Of a DNA stretch of 64,000 nt, positions 56,093 to 63,996 are shown in pieces. Below the pieces are notes generated by a model. It did not search any database. It was not told where the DNA came from and worked only from the letters and a program-made list of their open reading frames with translations. This DNA is from a virus. Made by a program: the position numbers and the translations under genes. The stretch covers positions 4,245-68,244 of IMG/VR virus record IMGVR_UViG_3300021962_007022; one strand, 5' to 3'. Numbering within the stretch: position 1 is the stretch's first letter; the number at the start of each line of letters is the position of its first letter.

Positions 56093-56166
56093 TGGCTTCC
56101 CGATACGGACTCGAACCGCAACCAAGAGTTTTGGAGACTCGTATGCTACCATTACACTATCGGGAA
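56093..56166 (-). tRNA. trnW: tRNA-Trp(CCA)
   Basis: CTCCAAA loop, G73. Confidence 0.93.
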
Positions 56167-56172
56167 ACAAAA

Positions 56173-56248
56173 TGGTGGACCGTGTAGGGTTCGAACCTAC
56201 GACCTGTTGATTAAGAGTCAAATGCTCTACCAGCTGAGCTAACGGTCC
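56173..56248 (-). tRNA. trnK: tRNA-Lys(CTT)
   Basis: Canonical cloverleaf. Confidence 0.95.
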
Positions 56249-56251
56249 ATA

Positions 56252-56532
56252 ATAAGTGCCGGTTACTAATCCGGCGTCACACTATGCTCCGTGGTGACAG
56301 TCCACGCTGCTACGATGATCAGGTAGCAGTCTGCAATAAGGTCCACTCTTTTCACCGTTACAACAACAAAACGGTTCGGGCCGGTACAATATGGCCTACC
56401 TACAACGAGGGGGTGGCGGGACACCCAACTAATAAGGTCGCTGTTAAGCCTGCCTGAACGGAAGCCGAGCGTCGAAACACTCCAGTCGGTCTGAAGAATG
56501 AACTAATGCCGACAGGTCGCGAAGCACCTAAT
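56252..56532 (-). ncRNA. Candidate ~280-nt multi-hairpin RNA(s) heading the tRNA operon
   Basis: No ORF; GC-rich; at least eight hairpins readable by eye. Confidence 0.5.
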
Positions 56533-56543
56533 TGGAATTCGTA

Positions 56544-56619
56544 TTTTTAAAGAACTGAACAAGAGCGCAATGTCTTATTCAGGGCCTAGTATTATCTACT
56601 AGAGTAGTATATATGTCAA
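56544..56619 (-). promoter_or_regulatory. tRNA-operon promoter with boxB-like hairpin and boxA-like element
   Basis: TTGACA-N17-GATAAT (56619-56591); hairpin CTGAATAAGA/TCTTGTTCAG; GTTCTTTAAAAA. Confidence 0.7.
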
Positions 56620-57488
56620 CAGTTACGAAAACAAGTCTGTTTTGCTAACTTTTGCCAGTTACTACTATTCATCTTCATCAACGTGGCCAACTTAATGACC
56701 ATTCGAAGAGAGAGTTCACGGAGATTATCCATGTTCTTCTCAACAAAGTCCACAATCGTAGACTCATCAGTAACGCTCAAGCCCTTATCACGGAGCATAC
56801 CGAGCGCAACAACCTGCTTGATACGAACGACATAATCCATCTTCGTCTTCATCGCAAGGTCAAGGTAGTGTGATCTAGAAACAAGCGCCTCAAAGTGAGG
56901 AGCAAGTCGCGAGCCACGAGCGATGAGGTCATCAAAGTCGTAGTTCGTGATAAAGATCACAGAACCTTCGAACTCGAAACTGTTAGGAATTGGTTCACCA
57001 TCCTCATCTTCAACCTTATCGATAGATTTCGACAACCAGTGAAGCTTACGCGTATCAGTAGAGTCGCAAGCACTCTTCAACAAGTTCATCGAAATGTCAT
57101 CGGCGAAGATCGAATCAGAGTCGTCAAACACGAGCACACAGTTCGGGAACCGCGATTCGTAGAGCAGTCTATAGAGTGAGAGCGGACGGACATAGCCCTT
57201 GATTGTGGTCACGTTGTGACCCTGCTTCTCAAGCTCAGCCATCTTCTGCTCAACCGTATACGACTTACCAAGACCAGCAGGTCCAGATACAATCAGAGCA
57301 CGGTTGATGCCCTTACCAGTTGCCTCAGTTAGAACCTCAAGAGCGTTAAAACGATCATTGAGCTTCTCGGCAATCTGCTCAACCGACTCAGTACTCTTAG
57401 TAAGAGTAAGAGCAGGCTGATGTACTACATTCTGCTTCCGACGATTCTTAGTCATTCGAAAGCCCTTCTTCGGGACGCCTCTAGGCAT
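56616..57488 (-). CDS. AAA+/P-loop ATPase
   Basis: LIVSGPAGLGKS, VLVFDDSD, VIFITN, ALVSRS. Confidence 0.85.
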   Translation of the reverse strand: MPRGVPKKGFRMTKNRRKQNVVHQPALTLTKSTESVEQIAEKLNDRFNALEVLTEATGKGINRALIVSGPAGLGKSYTVEQKMAELEKQGHNVTTIKGYVRPLSLYRLLYESRFPNCVLVFDDSDSIFADDISMNLLKSACDSTDTRKLHWLSKSIDKVEDEDGEPIPNSFEFEGSVIFITNYDFDDLIARGSRLAPHFEALVSRSHYLDLAMKTKMDYVVRIKQVVALGMLRDKGLSVTDESTIVDFVEKNMDNLRELSLRMVIKLATLMKMNSSNWQKLAKQTCFRNC

Positions 57489-57514
57489 CAGGAAACCTCA
57501 TTCATCTCAAACAT

Positions 57515-57795
57515 GCGGGCACTATACGCACATTGGCCAAACATAGCAACACGCAAAATCAAGGAGTTACAAAATTGACGATAACCTCTTGATTTTTAAC
57601 GAGTTATAACTTGTTGATTTTACTGGGGAATTTGAGAGCGCGTTTTGACGCGTATATACGAAAATTGAGTTAGCAGCACGCCAATCATACACAACTACAC
57701 CTTCTAGACGACCTCGAAACGTGTAACCTATTGATTCTAAAGGAAAACGTGTTTTCTTCATCCGAAAACGCGGTGGTGTAACCTATTGATTCTAG
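57515..57795 (-). promoter_or_regulatory. Repeated early-promoter cassette copy 3 with five IHF-consensus boxes
   Basis: GTGTTGCT..N..GCGTATAGT; boxes at 57557-57569 (+), 57582-57594, 57607-57619, 57724-57736, 57779-57791 (-). Confidence 0.75.
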
Positions 57796-57977
57796 TAGGG
57801 CTTTTTGGGGTGTAGGAATTGCTCGATCAACTTCTCGGCTTGGTGGACGGTCATACAGATGATTGTCTTAGCCGTCTTAGCTGTCTTATCGGTTAGGACG
57901 CAAACGATTGTATTGCTGTTGACAACTAGCTCAGCAACCTTAGTACCAATTGCAGACGATCTATAGAGTAGACCCAT
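57792..57977 (-). CDS. Hypothetical protein
   Basis: Short ORF overlapping upstream stop. Confidence 0.45.
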   Translation of the reverse strand: MGLLYRSSAIGTKVAELVVNSNTIVCVLTDKTAKTAKTIICMTVHQAEKLIEQFLHPKKPY

Positions 57978-59136
57978 TATTGTATTGCTCCACTAGTTGG
58001 ATAAGTCTTTGCTTAACTGTTGAAAGTTCGTAATCAGGTCCAAAGTATACATTGTGTACTTTCTTGAACTTAGTATCAGGAAATTCCAACTTGTAATGAT
58101 ATAACGCAGCACCAATTGATTGAGCAGCATCAGCTGCAATTGGTTCAGGATACACATTGATGTTTGGAAAGTGCTTCTTGACTTCAGAGTTACCTAAGAT
58201 GTTAAGAGCACAACCACCACCAAGTATTACATTATTACTATACTTAATTTTCAATGCAGATGCAACTCTTTCTACAAATATTTTTTCAAGAGCCTTCTGA
58301 ACATTGTAGGCCATGTTCTTCTTGGTCTGGTCATCTGGATTATCTAGTTCAGGATATAACTGAACATCTATATGGCTATCATATCTAAACAAATTGCTAT
58401 TGGATATAATTGTACCATCCACGAGCATGGATGGCAAGTTGTTTGGTTTTCCATAAGCCGACAAGCCCATCGTCTTACCAGCATCGACAGTATAGAATCC
58501 AATATGTCTGGTTACTGTGCCATACATCTTGCCAATGTCAAAATGTGTAGTAATTGTAACAGGAAACCTAAAAGACTTCTTCTTATCGGATAGTTTTTGA
58601 TTGTCCCATCCTGTCTTTTTTGGTGATTCAAATTTATATAAGATTTGCTTATGGAGGGTCTCGAAAGTATCTTTGGCATAGAAGATGGAAGTTGTTTCTG
58701 CAAATGAAACATCCTCATGCTGCTCTGTTGAACCAAAGCCATCAATAATAATACAGATTGCATCATCGAGGCCAGAAGTATAATAACCAGCGGCAGCATG
58801 GTAGAGGTGATGTTGGGCGTTATCAACAACTGTCCTTTTGCATTGTATTCCAGCGTTCCTTACTTTCCTTAGTAAGCCCTCCACTGTCTCTGATACATCA
58901 AAGGCATTGAACATTGGATACTTTTCATACTTTGCATGGACATTGATAAGAACCAACTTATCAACATTCCTAGTGTATTTTGCAATTACATCAATATCAG
59001 ATTGCTCCACTCTTTGAGTGTGCTTCATTCTATTAGTTCTTTCACAAGAAAAAGCAACAACTATCTCACTGTCTTTAAGTAGACAGATAGATGAATCGTG
59101 ATTAGATGAAGATATTGCTAGTGTGTAGTAGCTCAT
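57961..59136 (-). CDS. Carbamoyltransferase N-terminal (Kae1-like) module, NodU/CmcH family
   Basis: HDSSICLL, ERTNR, HHLYHAAAGYY, IIDGFG, GKTMGLSAYG, GGCALN, DAAQSIGAA. Confidence 0.88.
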   Translation of the reverse strand: MSYYTLAISSSNHDSSICLLKDSEIVVAFSCERTNRMKHTQRVEQSDIDVIAKYTRNVDKLVLINVHAKYEKYPMFNAFDVSETVEGLLRKVRNAGIQCKRTVVDNAQHHLYHAAAGYYTSGLDDAICIIIDGFGSTEQHEDVSFAETTSIFYAKDTFETLHKQILYKFESPKKTGWDNQKLSDKKKSFRFPVTITTHFDIGKMYGTVTRHIGFYTVDAGKTMGLSAYGKPNNLPSMLVDGTIISNSNLFRYDSHIDVQLYPELDNPDDQTKKNMAYNVQKALEKIFVERVASALKIKYSNNVILGGGCALNILGNSEVKKHFPNINVYPEPIAADAAQSIGAALYHYKLEFPDTKFKKVHNVYFGPDYELSTVKQRLIQLVEQYNNGSTL

Positions 59137-59690
59137 TTGGAAACAAGCAACTGCAACTCGGGTAAGTAGAGATAGTCAATCTTAGACTTAGCAAATGTAT
59201 TGAATGTGTCGTCGATAGTTTCTACTAGTGGCTCGCCTGCAAGGTTCAATGAAGTATTGAGAACCATTGGGACACCAGTTAGCTCATAGAATGCTTTGAT
59301 TAAGTTATAGTAGTGAAAGTTCTGCTGCTCAGTTACAGTCTGAATTCTACAAGAACCATCTACATGGATTACAGATGGAATGACATGCTTCTTATCTTCT
59401 TTACATGTGAAAGAGAAAGTCATATAAGGCGATTCTGGAATGCCAAGCATATCAAACCAATCATTTGCATGCTCTAGCATCATTGATGCAGCTAGTGGTC
59501 TAAAGTACTCTCTACCTTTAATTTTATTAACATGGTCCCTGCCATTAGGGTCGGTAGGAGTATAGAGCATAGATCTATTGCCAAGTGCTCTTGGGCCACT
59601 CTCTGATCGGCCCTGGAAGATGGCTACGATATTTTCATCAGCCAGTAGTTTAGCTACATCACTATAGAGAATATTTTCTTGCACATTCAT
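59133..59690 (-). CDS. Carbamoyltransferase C-terminal (YrdC-like) module
   Basis: FQGRSESGPRALGNRS, KGREYFRP, HVDGSCRIQTV, LNTSLNLAGEPLVET. Confidence 0.9.
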   Translation of the reverse strand: MNVQENILYSDVAKLLADENIVAIFQGRSESGPRALGNRSMLYTPTDPNGRDHVNKIKGREYFRPLAASMMLEHANDWFDMLGIPESPYMTFSFTCKEDKKHVIPSVIHVDGSCRIQTVTEQQNFHYYNLIKAFYELTGVPMVLNTSLNLAGEPLVETIDDTFNTFAKSKIDYLYLPELQLLVSK

Positions 59691-60651
59691 AAATGTAATT
59701 TTTCTCAAGCTGGTAGACTGGACCTTGGTATGAACCAAATACCAATTTATTTATATCCTTTGTCACACTATAGTAATGGTATGCAGCTGCTCCTAGAGCA
59801 ACTGTACCATCTGCTGCTATGGGGTCAACAAATACATTGAGATTTGGATATGTCTTCTTGATTATCGAATTGCCAAGAATGTTTAGAGCACATCCACCAC
59901 TCAACACAAGATTGCTAGTGTCTAATTTCTCAACTATCTTAACGAATGTGGCTTCTAATTCTTTTTGAATTTTGTGGGCTTTGACACTTGCTGTAGATGT
60001 AGAACCATATGCCGAGAGCCCCATTGTCTTACCTTCGCCAAATGTACCAAATCCAATCCGGGACGTGACATCAGCATACTTCCAACCTATATCCAGACCT
60101 TCTGAGATACTCAATCTTATGTCATTGAATTTATCTCTAAATTTTTGTTTATCGCTTTGATTGTAGACAAAAGGTTTTCTGTCATATAGGCCGATGACGA
60201 AATGTTTATCAGTACAAACAATTTTAGGGAATGTTGCTCTATATAGAGATGTTGTCTCAGAAGCTCTTACATTGGATTCACCAAGTCTATATAGTGCTCC
60301 TGCTCCATCGATAACGACGACAGTAGCAGTGTCAAAATGCGACATGAAGAAACCAGCGGCTGCATGTGACATATGGTGAAGACTACTATCATTTCTGAAA
60401 GTAGTTATGCCAACACCTTGATTAGCCAGATGTTTAATTATTGCTTTGGGGTTCTCAGAGGAACCACTAACTTGAACTACACAATCAATATTATTTGTGT
60501 AGTTTTTAATTAGGTCGAGAGACTTGTATGGTATACCTCTGTGGTACTTGTCCCTATTCAATCTTTCTTCGTGTATAAACAAAAGGACTTCATTATTTCT
60601 AAGAAGCGCTATCGATGAATGATGTGATAGGTTAATACCAAGAGTGTACAT
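59662..60651 (-). CDS. Second carbamoyltransferase N-terminal module
   Basis: EERLNR, HHMSHAAAGF, VIDGAG, GKTMGLSAYG, SGGCALN, DGTVALGAA. Confidence 0.88.
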   Translation of the reverse strand: MYTLGINLSHHSSIALLRNNEVLLFIHEERLNRDKYHRGIPYKSLDLIKNYTNNIDCVVQVSGSSENPKAIIKHLANQGVGITTFRNDSSLHHMSHAAAGFFMSHFDTATVVVIDGAGALYRLGESNVRASETTSLYRATFPKIVCTDKHFVIGLYDRKPFVYNQSDKQKFRDKFNDIRLSISEGLDIGWKYADVTSRIGFGTFGEGKTMGLSAYGSTSTASVKAHKIQKELEATFVKIVEKLDTSNLVLSGGCALNILGNSIIKKTYPNLNVFVDPIAADGTVALGAAAYHYYSVTKDINKLVFGSYQGPVYQLEKNYIYECARKYSL

Positions 60652-61199
60652 TACTTCAGGGGATGATCAGGAAACTCATTGTAACATTGATTCTTAATGC
60701 AGTAGAGGTTAAGAACGCCTTTTTCATAACCACGGGCCTCGACTTCCCATGGAAACAACCAATACTTTTCAACTGAATCAATCTTGTAGTACTTCTTATG
60801 GAACTTAATCATTATATCGCCGTTTCGAAACACTTGCTTCATCTGGCCAGTGAGAGCCTGTCTAATATGTACAGTTTCATGTACAATTGTTTCTAAGAAT
60901 GTGGCTCTTGTAAATCTAGTAATATTCTTCTTGGCAAAGAATGGATTAATCCAAATAATAAAGTTTCTTGGACCTTGCCTTTCGTTATAGTCCTCAACGT
61001 GGGCATCCATATAGGCTAATGGAACAGCATCGACATCGTGGACGGTGCCATTGCTTAGTGACTTATCAATTCTAATACTAATTGACTCAAGTTTATCTCT
61101 TTGTCTTTTAGTGAAGATCTGGTCAACAGTAAAACGCGTTAAAGCAACAACATGCTTACGCAACTTAGGGTTCAATTTATTTGTGCAGGTAATTTTCAT
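60651..61199 (-). CDS. HExxH metallopeptidase-like protein
   Basis: TIVHETVHIRQ...PWEVEARGYE. Confidence 0.65.
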   Translation of the reverse strand: MKITCTNKLNPKLRKHVVALTRFTVDQIFTKRQRDKLESISIRIDKSLSNGTVHDVDAVPLAYMDAHVEDYNERQGPRNFIIWINPFFAKKNITRFTRATFLETIVHETVHIRQALTGQMKQVFRNGDIMIKFHKKYYKIDSVEKYWLFPWEVEARGYEKGVLNLYCIKNQCYNEFPDHPLK

Positions 61200-61432
61200 A
61201 GGGGTAGCTTTGGTTGCCTCTGGATCATGTTTTGGTCTTCGCACTCAGCTTCAAGCTTTGTTCGGATAGCTTCCGACTTTTTGATTAGAGAGGCAACAGC
61301 TTCAATCTCAACATTGTGTTGTTCACAATACCACATGATTGCCTCTAGGTAGCCCATACCTTTCTTATGAACACAACTTTCAATTGCTGTCTGAAAGTTA
61401 TTAACGGTGACTCTTTGATCCAGATCAATCAT
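61196..61432 (-). CDS. gp33: Late promoter transcription coactivator gp33
   Basis: FQTAIE, YLEAIMWYCEQHNVEIEAVASLI, KLEAE, KLPL. Confidence 0.88.
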   Translation of the reverse strand: MIDLDQRVTVNNFQTAIESCVHKKGMGYLEAIMWYCEQHNVEIEAVASLIKKSEAIRTKLEAECEDQNMIQRQPKLPL

Positions 61433-61914
61433 GCTTCTAACACCTCTACGCCGGCTTCTTTGAACATTGTTTGTGCAAGTCTAATCGACTCTTCCCATCT
61501 CTTAGAGAATGTATTATCCAGAGGAACAGAAGGAAACACAACGCGAACAATGCCAGACTGAATGATACTACCAGCGCAAGAAGCGCAAGGGTGGTGAGTA
61601 ACATAGATTGTACAGCCAGATGGCCGTAAAAGAGAATTGAGGATAGCATTTTCTTCGGCATGCTTAACGACCTGAAGTTTGAGTTCTTTATTATTTAGTA
61701 TGTGGTCGTGGTCACATACACCTCTTGGTAAACCATTATAACCAAGAGAGACAACTCTTCGCTCACTGTCGACAATGACAGCACCAACCTTAGTTGATGG
61801 GTCTTTTGACCACTGAGCAACATGAACAGCTAAACCGATGAACCTTGTATGCCACTTAATTTGTGGATCAGGTTCACCATAAGGATAATTGAATGGTAGA
61901 TCGATTGTTGTCAT
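61429..61914 (-). CDS. cd: dCMP deaminase
   Basis: SKDPSTKVGAVIV, GYNG, HAEENAI, PCASC. Confidence 0.92.
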   Translation of the reverse strand: MTTIDLPFNYPYGEPDPQIKWHTRFIGLAVHVAQWSKDPSTKVGAVIVDSERRVVSLGYNGLPRGVCDHDHILNNKELKLQVVKHAEENAILNSLLRPSGCTIYVTHHPCASCAGSIIQSGIVRVVFPSVPLDNTFSKRWEESIRLAQTMFKEAGVEVLEA

Positions 61915-61950
61915 AAAAAGAAAGGGGGCCAGAGAACCCAGCCCCCTTCC
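61915..61950 (-). terminator. Rho-independent terminator
   Basis: GAAGGGGGC/GCCCCCTTT hairpin followed by U-tract. Confidence 0.75.
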
Positions 61951-61972
61951 ATACTCTAGTGCCTAAGGGGAA

Positions 61973-62251
61973 TTAGGCAGCGCGGGTGTAGAGCGAGCGA
62001 ACGGCGATCTGAGTGCGACCGGCCTTCATGTTACGCGTGAAGCGCTTAGAAGGCTTACCGAGACGGTAAACGGTCGACGTACGGCCATTGGCAAACGTCT
62101 TACGGTTTGAGTAGATTGGGAAACCAGCAAAGCGAGCTTCGCTAACGCGAGCAGCAGCACCGGAACCAACCTTCTTCTGAAGCTGAGCGAGGGTCAAACC
62201 ATTACGGTTCTTCTCGAGAACTTCAACAACGCGTGTCTTAGTAGTATTCAT
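61973..62251 (-). CDS. Small basic winged-HTH-like DNA-binding protein
   Basis: LTLAQL...ARVSEARFAGFPIY...YRLGKP; own promoter, GGAG RBS and terminator. Confidence 0.65.
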   Translation of the reverse strand: MNTTKTRVVEVLEKNRNGLTLAQLQKKVGSGAAARVSEARFAGFPIYSNRKTFANGRTSTVYRLGKPSKRFTRNMKAGRTQIAVRSLYTRAA

Positions 62252-62315
62252 TTCAATAACTCCATATTTAACTAACTTAACAAATACTTGACATCACACT
62301 TATCAAGTAGGGCAT

Positions 62316-62344
62316 ATTGTAGGCTACTTCAGACTAGAAGTCAA
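62316..62344 (-). promoter_or_regulatory. sigma70-type promoter
   Basis: TTGACT-N17-TACAAT followed by TACTTGA/TCAAGTA leader hairpin. Confidence 0.7.
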
Positions 62345-62831
62345 CAGGGCGCTTTAATAATTTTTTAGCTAACTTGACCTTCTCGAGGTATTCTCTTGTT
62401 AAACCACGCTCACGACCGAAAGCCTCAATTTCCCAAGGTTGGTCAAAGTAGGCTACACGGTTAAGATTATACTTCTTATTCTTAAATACAGATACATTGA
62501 AGTCTGTTGACGGAAGGTCAATTAGTTCATTCTTAACAAACTGTTTAACGTGAACCATTTCATGGGCAAGGGTACTAATAATATACTTTAGGGATACCCT
62601 TGGTGGTGTATTGATACAGATGGTGAATCGTCTTGGTTGTCTATTGTTATCCATCCATTCAACATGGCCGCACTCATCGCCATATTTAATTTCTGGCTTT
62701 CTAACGATCTTTAGTCTAATGGTAATTTGTTTATTGAGGGCTTTAGAAAAGAATCTATTAGAAAAGAATCTAGCAAATTGTCTACAATGCCTCTGGTGTA
62801 TTTCTGTTCCACCTTCGATTTGTAGCCTCAT
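62334..62831 (-). CDS. HExxH metallopeptidase-like protein (paralog of 60651-61199)
   Basis: TLAHEMVHVKQ...PWEIEAFGRE. Confidence 0.65.
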   Translation of the reverse strand: MRLQIEGGTEIHQRHCRQFARFFSNRFFSKALNKQITIRLKIVRKPEIKYGDECGHVEWMDNNRQPRRFTICINTPPRVSLKYIISTLAHEMVHVKQFVKNELIDLPSTDFNVSVFKNKKYNLNRVAYFDQPWEIEAFGRERGLTREYLEKVKLAKKLLKRPVDF

Positions 62832-62843
62832 TTGATTGCTCCG

Positions 62844-63314
62844 CTATTTGGATATTAACAACAGTTCCACTTGCCCACTTAAACTAAGTTCATAAGGTCG
62901 GTCAACTATCAAATCATATCTATTTGCGTGTTTGGTTTGGCCTCGGTCATTAAACTCAACATTACCATTTACAACAAGACCCATAATATTTGATGGTAAA
63001 ACAACATTGTTCCCAGATATGTATGTTACATTGCGATCTTTGTTAATAGATAAACAATGTGAAAAACCATCTTTAATTATCAAAACATCTCTTTTATTGT
63101 ACATGATGCTTCTGAAATCTATAAAGGTTCCAGGACCATGAATTTGCCCGAACATACTATCTGTACCATTCCACATTTGTATTGTTGGTCCACAATCAGT
63201 TGGAAAAATTGTATAGCAGACCTCATCCTCAAATGTTGTCCAGGTACCACCAAATAACTGATGTATTATTAAACCGAACCCATCATACTTTATTATGCAA
63301 TTACTTGGCTTCAT
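62844..63314 (-). CDS. Hypothetical protein, tandem paralog
   Basis: Shares GF..C...D..Y/H I.GN..LP...VVNGNV.F.D.G...DRPYE..LSGQ with next gene. Confidence 0.6.
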   Translation of the reverse strand: MKPSNCIIKYDGFGLIIHQLFGGTWTTFEDEVCYTIFPTDCGPTIQMWNGTDSMFGQIHGPGTFIDFRSIMYNKRDVLIIKDGFSHCLSINKDRNVTYISGNNVVLPSNIMGLVVNGNVEFNDRGQTKHANRYDLIVDRPYELSLSGQVELLLISK

Positions 63315-63798
63315 ATCTTGTTGGTATCAGTAATATATTCAACTGCCCAGATAAATTCATTTCATACGGGCGTCTATCTATAACATGAAGAGGGGGTGCT
63401 TTCCTAGGTATGCCTTTATCTACAAAATTAACATTTCCATTAATTACAAAAGCCATGGTGTGGGGTGGTAAAATGGTCTCGTTACCCTTAATGTGAGTCC
63501 ATGTTAGGTCAATATCTTTTTTGTTATTGAAGCATAGGGTGAATCCAGTTTGTAAAACTAGCAACTCCCTATTTCGCACTGTTGTAACATCTCTTATATC
63601 AAGAAAGGAATCGAATTCAGTTACCATTCCCTCTATGCGACCCATATTAGTCCAACATTTTAAACTAGCCCCTCCATCTGCCTTAGGAGGAATGTAGCAG
63701 TATGATGTGGCTAAATTTAATTTAATGCATGTGTTTTCAAATACCTTCTCACAAACAACATTAAATGTATTAAAATTAATTATAAAGTTGTGGATCAT
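63301..63798 (-). CDS. Hypothetical protein, tandem paralog
   Basis: See 62844-63314. Confidence 0.6.
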   Translation of the reverse strand: MIHNFIINFNTFNVVCEKVFENTCIKLNLATSYCYIPPKADGGASLKCWTNMGRIEGMVTEFDSFLDIRDVTTVRNRELLVLQTGFTLCFNNKKDIDLTWTHIKGNETILPPHTMAFVINGNVNFVDKGIPRKAPPLHVIDRRPYEMNLSGQLNILLIPTRYEAK

Positions 63799-63996
63799 TT
63801 ATACACGTTTACCCCAATGATAGATCCTAAGAGTTATTTCGTGTAATTTTTTATCGCCTGCAAACACACCCATCTTTGTTTCTGTAATTGGTTTTTCTTT
63901 TGCAACACCATTTATTACTACAGTCACTGAACCAACCTTCTTCATTTTACTAATTGGCTTGTAATCTACTCTAACAAATCCTTCTGGAATATCCAT
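63799..63996 (-). CDS. Hypothetical protein (may extend beyond window)
   Basis: ORF at window edge. Confidence 0.45.
   Translation of the reverse strand: MDIPEGFVRVDYKPISKMKKVGSVTVVINGVAKEKPITETKMGVFAGDKKLHEITLRIYHWGKRV

Noticed and set aside
36097-56248. Suppressor tRNA or stop-codon recoding
   Set aside because: No CTA/TTA/TCA anticodon found; genes are intact under the standard code and end in all three stops
56270-56310. Pistol ribozyme (CGTGG/CCACG stem with loop pseudoknot)
   Set aside because: Lacks the intervening P2 stem and conserved core spacing
57557-57791. Short repeats as a mini CRISPR array
   Set aside because: Repeats are ~13-20 nt, mixed orientation, irregularly spaced, match IHF consensus; no cas genes
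51434-59755. TATAAATA matches inside coding sequence (51434, 51762, 59748)
   Set aside because: Plausible by chance in AT-rich DNA; cannot be supported without transcript data
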